This document shows positions 59,859-64,000 of a stretch of 64,000 nt of DNA, piece after piece. This stretch comes from Abditibacterium sp. GTDB lineage: Bacteria; Armatimonadota; Abditibacteriia; Abditibacteriales; Abditibacteriaceae. The notes under the pieces were generated by a model that had not been told where the DNA came from, did no database searches, and saw only the letters and a list, made by a program, of their open reading frames with translations. The stretch lies in NCBI GenBank assembly GCA_965199495.1, contig CBDASK010000003.1, forward strand, positions 2,592,001 to 2,656,000, read 5' to 3'. The position numbers and the translations under genes were made by a program. Positions within the stretch are counted from its first letter, which is position 1. Each line of letters opens with the position of its first letter.

Positions 59859-61322
59859 ATGAACATTCTCGCTTCTACTTCTTCCGCGCTCGATTTTTCG
59901 ACGCCCTGTCTGCTCGTTCCGATTTGGAGCGATGCGCCGCTTTCCGGTTTCGCCGCCGACCTCAACGAATTGCTCGACGGTCTGATTTCCGACATCGTCG
60001 AAAACGATGGTTTCAAAGCCAAAGTCGGCGACACGCGCACGCTTTATACATCCGGCAAATCCGCCGCGCGCGTGGTTTTGTTTGGTTTGGGCAAACAAGA
60101 CAAGTTCAGCGACGAGCATTTGCGTAAAGCTCTCAGCAAAGCCGCGCGAGTGGCGCGCGGCCTCAAGAAAACGCAAATCGCCGTCGCTTTGGGCGACTTG
60201 AATGCGCAAGCCGCGACCGAGGCGCTGGTTTTGGGATTGGCGCGTTTTTCCGAGTTTAAAGAAGACAAAGACGCCACCGAAATCGAGACCGTGACTTTGC
60301 TGACCGATGATGCAGCCACGGCGGGCGCGGCCATCGAGCGCGGGCAGATTATCGCCGCCGCGACGCTGAAATGTCGGCATTTGGTGAATTTGCCGTCGAA
60401 TAAAAAATCGCCCGAATTTTTGGCGCAAACCGCGCGCGAAATCGGCGAATCGGGCGCCGTCAAAGTCACCGTTTGGGACGAAGATAAAATTCAAGAAGAA
60501 AAGATGGGCGCGCTTTACGCCGTCGGCATGGGCAGCGATAATCCGTCGCGTTTCATCGTGATGGAATACGCGCCAGAGGGAACCGAAAACGAGGCGCCGA
60601 TTTGTCTGGTGGGCAAGGGCATCACTTTCGATTCGGGCGGTTATTCGATTAAATCGGCAGCCGGAATGGAAGATATGAAAGGCGATATGGGCGGCGCGGG
60701 CATCGTTATCGCCTCGATGTCGGCCCTCGAAAAATTGGGCGTCAAAAAGCGCGTTTTTGGTATTGTCGCGTCGGCGGAAAATATGGTTTCGGGCGGCGCA
60801 CAACGCCCCGGCGACATCATCACCGCGCGCGACGGCACGACTATCGAAGTTTTGAACACCGATGCCGAAGGTCGTTTGGTTTTGGCCGATGCCTTGGTGT
60901 GGGCGAGCGAACAGAAGCCCGCCGCGATTGTGGATTTTGCCACGCTGACCGGCGCAATCGTCGTTGCGCTGGGCCAAGAAGGCGCCGGTTTGTTTTCCAA
61001 CGATGACGATTTGAGCGCGCAATTGACGCAAAGCGGCCTCACTTCGGGCGAACTGATCTGGCGTTTGCCGCTGTGGGAAGGTTTGGACGATTCGATGAAA
61101 GGTAAAATCTCCGATTTGAGAAACATCAGCGGCGACCGTTACGCGGGCAGCATCACGGCGGCGATTTTCCTGCGCCATTTCGTGGGCGAAGATATTCCGT
61201 GGGCGCACCTCGATGTGGCTGCTGTTGACCAGGTGAAATCGGAGAAACATCTGACGACCTTCGGCGCCACCGGTTTTGGCGTGCGTTTGGTGTTGGATTA
61301 TTTGTCGAAAGCTAATGCTTAA
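59859..61322 (+). CDS. pepA: Leucyl aminopeptidase (M17)
   Basis: VGKGITFDSGG, MKGDMGG, NTDAEGRL and ATLTG motifs. Confidence 0.95.
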   Translation: MNILASTSSALDFSTPCLLVPIWSDAPLSGFAADLNELLDGLISDIVENDGFKAKVGDTRTLYTSGKSAARVVLFGLGKQDKFSDEHLRKALSKAARVARGLKKTQIAVALGDLNAQAATEALVLGLARFSEFKEDKDATEIETVTLLTDDAATAGAAIERGQIIAAATLKCRHLVNLPSNKKSPEFLAQTAREIGESGAVKVTVWDEDKIQEEKMGALYAVGMGSDNPSRFIVMEYAPEGTENEAPICLVGKGITFDSGGYSIKSAAGMEDMKGDMGGAGIVIASMSALEKLGVKKRVFGIVASAENMVSGGAQRPGDIITARDGTTIEVLNTDAEGRLVLADALVWASEQKPAAIVDFATLTGAIVVALGQEGAGLFSNDDDLSAQLTQSGLTSGELIWRLPLWEGLDDSMKGKISDLRNISGDRYAGSITAAIFLRHFVGEDIPWAHLDVAAVDQVKSEKHLTTFGATGFGVRLVLDYLSKANA

Positions 61323-61330
61323 ATTGGTGG

Positions 61331-61504
61331 GATTATAACTCACACCCCCTCTGTCCTTCGGACATCTCCCCCTCCGAAAGGGGGAGAATGCGCTTTTACT
61401 GTTCATTACTCGCGTAAGTTCTGGCGATGTCAAGGGTAAAGCCGCATTCTCCCCCTTTCGGAGGGGGAGATGTCCGAAGGACAGAGGGGGTGTGAGTTAT
61501 AATC
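61331..61504. repeat. Long palindrome, family C
   Basis: Perfect 62-nt arms at 61331-61392 and 61443-61504; homologous to 38219-38419. Confidence 0.88.
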
Positions 61505-61535
61505 GCGACAATCTCCTTCTAAAACCCCAAAAATT

Positions 61536-62405
61536 ATGCGCTCTTACTGGGATGAAGACCTCGCGATTCTATCCGCCGAAAACGTTTCGTTTTCGTTGGA
61601 AACCGCCGGACTCGGCTCGCGTCTGGCGGCGCTGTCCATTGATACCGCCATTCAACTTTTAGTCGCGTTTTTGGGCACGATAACGGTTCTCGGTCTGGAA
61701 AGTTATCTGAGTCTGTCGAGCTATGTGCCGCCCTTTTTGGAATCGGTCGGCGATGCGGTTTTGATCATATTGGGATTTTTGCTGTTTTTCGGCTACTACT
61801 TTTTCTTCGAGTGGTTGTGGGAAGGCCAGACTCCCGGCAAACGTTGGTTCGGTCTGCGCGTGACGATGACCGATGGTTTGCCGCTTTCGCTGTGGCCCGC
61901 GATGATTCGTAATATCGTGCGATTAGTAGATTTCCTGCCGGTGGGCTACGGTTTTGGCGCCGTCGTTTGTCTGGCCAGCGAACTCAACCAGCGCGGCGGC
62001 GACTTGGCGGCGGGCACGGTTGTTGTCGTCGAGGGCAAGCGCGAGAAAGCACGCAAAAAAGTCACCATGCGCGAAGCCGTTGACAGCTTTTTGCAAGCCG
62101 CCACAACCGTGCCGGGGATGGAGCAGGCCACGCCGTATCAGGACGAAGAGTTGCAAATCGAAGCCGCGCGCACCGTTGACCCCGAAGCGATTGCCCTCGC
62201 GCAAACGCTCAACCGCGAAGATTACGAACTGGCCCGCGACTTTTTGGTGCGCCGCGAAAATTTACCGGTCGTCGCGCGCCAACGTCTGGCGAAATCGCTG
62301 GCCGCGCGTTTGGCGACCAAGATGAAAGTCGAAACGCCGACAATTGAAGTCGAAACGTTCATTGCCGATGTCGTCGCCACGCTGACGCGGGCGTATGCGG
62401 GCTGA
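61536..62405 (+). CDS. RDD family membrane protein
   Basis: AGLGSRLAALSID, GQTPGKR and QRGGDLAAGTVV motifs. Confidence 0.88.
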   Translation: MRSYWDEDLAILSAENVSFSLETAGLGSRLAALSIDTAIQLLVAFLGTITVLGLESYLSLSSYVPPFLESVGDAVLIILGFLLFFGYYFFFEWLWEGQTPGKRWFGLRVTMTDGLPLSLWPAMIRNIVRLVDFLPVGYGFGAVVCLASELNQRGGDLAAGTVVVVEGKREKARKKVTMREAVDSFLQAATTVPGMEQATPYQDEELQIEAARTVDPEAIALAQTLNREDYELARDFLVRRENLPVVARQRLAKSLAARLATKMKVETPTIEVETFIADVVATLTRAYAG

Positions 62406-62460
62406 GTTTTGATTTTCAGAGCGGGCGAATTGCCGCCACATTTAATTCCCCAAACCGTTC

Positions 62461-64000
62461 ATGAACCCGCTTTTTGCCCGCGAACTCCGCGCGCGCTGGC
62501 GCGACCGCCGCGCGTGGTGGCTGTCGCTCGCGCTCGCCATTGGGCTGGCGCTTTTGGCGAACACGATGTTTGGGAGCGGCGTTTCGCAGCAAGACCCGCA
62601 AATCATGGTGCGCACGCGCAACGGTTCGTATGTGATGCGCACCGAGCAGATCACGCCGACGGCCAAAGCCGCGCGCGCCGGGCGCGAACTTTTCATGGCG
62701 CTGGCGCTGGGCAACGCGGTCGCCGGGCTTTTCGTCGCGCCGATATTGGCCGCGACGCCCATCGCGCGCGAACGCGAACGCGGATTGCTCGAAAGTCTGC
62801 AACTCTCGCACATGAGGCCGCTTTCGCAAATCGCGGCGCGCACCGGGGCGGCGTTGGTGTTTTTGCTGGTTTTGCAACTCGCCATCACGCCGATTTACGC
62901 GATTATTCTGTGGCTGGGCGGCGTCTCGCCGGGCGAATTTGGTCTGGCCGCGCTCATTCTGGTGTGCATTGCGATTGGCGGCGTGGCCGTGGGAACTTTC
63001 ATTTCGGCGCGCTCGCACCGGCCCTCGACCGCGCTGTTTTCGGCGTTGGGCTTCGTCGTTTTGTGGACGCTTTCGCTGTGGCCCGCCGCCTATGGCGCGT
63101 TCGGCACCACATGGGGTTGGTGGTCTTATCCGGCATCCGCGTTGATGTGGTCGCATCCGTTGCCGCTTATTTGGAGTGTGACCGATGCTTCGGGCCAAAT
63201 TTCCACATATTTGCCCACGCCTTTCGGCTGGGAAGACGGGACATTCGTCGCCGCGCTATGCGGGTGTTGGCTGCTGGCGAGTTTAATTTTGCTGGCGCTT
63301 GCGACGCGATTGATTCATAAGCCACTGGCTCCGGCTTCGTGGGAAAGCACGGCGAGCGCACCAGTGCAGTGGTGGCGCCGCTCGATTGAACGGCGCGACG
63401 CGGCGGCGCGGCAACGCGAACTTCAACGCAAAAACAAAAGCGCGCGGCGCGTCGAAAACGCGTTGGTGGCCGATGTGCCGATTGACAAGTGGATTCGGTT
63501 CGCCAACCCGTTATTGGAGCGCGAGGTGCGCTCGCGTTTTCGGTTGCGCCGCGCCGGTTGGGCGTTGATGCTGGGGCGTTTTCTATTGTTTGGCGCGGGC
63601 GTTTTCAGTTGGATGGCCTCGGTTTACCAGCTCACCGATCCGACGGGGCGCAAAGACGTGGATTCGTGGTTGATTTACGTTCTGTGGGGTTTGGGCGCGC
63701 TCGCCGTGGCTGCGTTGTCGTCGGCGAGTCTGGCGCGCGAACGCGAAAGCGGAACATGGGAATCGCTCAAGTTATCCTTGCTGCGTCCGCCGGAAATCGT
63801 GCGCGCCAAATGGATGGCGCCCCTGTGGGCCTTCGCGATTTACTCGGCGCCTTTGTGGTTGCTGCTGCCGTTTGGTATGAAATGGGGCGGGCGAGCGGGC
63901 ATGGAGCCGCTCACCTTGTTGCTCAGTGTCGCCATCGTCTGGCTGTCGTATGGCACAATTTCGATGATCGGTTTGCTGATTTCGTGGCGCGCGCGTCAGC
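62461..64000 (+). CDS. ABC-2-type transporter permease with duplicated permease domain (3' truncated)
   Basis: Read directly from sequence: MNPLFARELRARWR..., IARERERGLLE, then FANPLLEREVRSR and LARERESGTWE. Frame appears open to the window end. Confidence 0.8.
   Translation, partial: MNPLFARELRARWRDRRAWWLSLALAIGLALLANTMFGSGVSQQDPQIMVRTRNGSYVMRTEQITPTAKAARAGRELFMALALGNAVAGLFVAPILAATPIARERERGLLESLQLSHMRPLSQIAARTGAALVFLLVLQLAITPIYAIILWLGGVSPGEFGLAALILVCIAIGGVAVGTFISARSHRPSTALFSALGFVVLWTLSLWPAAYGAFGTTWGWWSYPASALMWSHPLPLIWSVTDASGQISTYLPTPFGWEDGTFVAALCGCWLLASLILLALATRLIHKPLAPASWESTASAPVQWWRRSIERRDAAARQRELQRKNKSARRVENALVADVPIDKWIRFANPLLEREVRSRFRLRRAGWALMLGRFLLFGAGVFSWMASVYQLTDPTGRKDVDSWLIYVLWGLGALAVAALSSASLARERESGTWESLKLSLLRPPEIVRAKWMAPLWAFAIYSAPLWLLLPFGMKWGGRAGMEPLTLLLSVAIVWLSYGTISMIGLLISWRARQ

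Noticed and set aside
59829..61433. 534-aa ORF antisense to pepA (likewise 16231-17352 against gltX and 46311-47555)
   Set aside because: Shadow ORFs typical of GC-rich genes; some start inside repeats.
62409..63320. 303-aa ORF listed in the track
   Set aside because: Wrong frame; the frame starting at 62461 gives a clear permease and is absent from the track because it has no stop in the window.

Overview
GC-rich bacterial chromosome window with about 52 CDS and no rRNA, tRNA, CRISPR array or transposase that I can support. The lineage is probably Abditibacteriota or Armatimonadota. This is an inference from the DUF1559 prepilin-like gene, a copper-amine-oxidase-N/stalk protein, the lptA-lptB-lptF/G-DUF3084-yqgF synteny and a dnaK-dnaJ-hspR operon. 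Housekeeping genes include murI, gltX, dnaK, dnaJ, hspR, acs, lptB and pepA. Main points of interest: (1) A locus at 18.2-25.3 kb pairs an 8-Cys secreted mini-protein with TPR-like proteins, apparently inactive peptidase-C39-like domains, DUF1573 Ig-like domains and a peroxiredoxin. Its AT-rich central cassette has a boundary inside a gene. (2) The octamer CGTGGCTG/CAGCCACG is strongly over-represented, about 49 exact copies by hand count, mostly inside genes. (3) Intergenic palindromic elements (REPIN/MITE-like) are dense and diverse, and a 19-nt module is shared between two unrelated repeat families. (4) A solitary DUF262-DUF1524 (GmrSD-like) nuclease carries a possible SeqA-like reader domain. 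All product calls come from motif recognition; no database searches were run.
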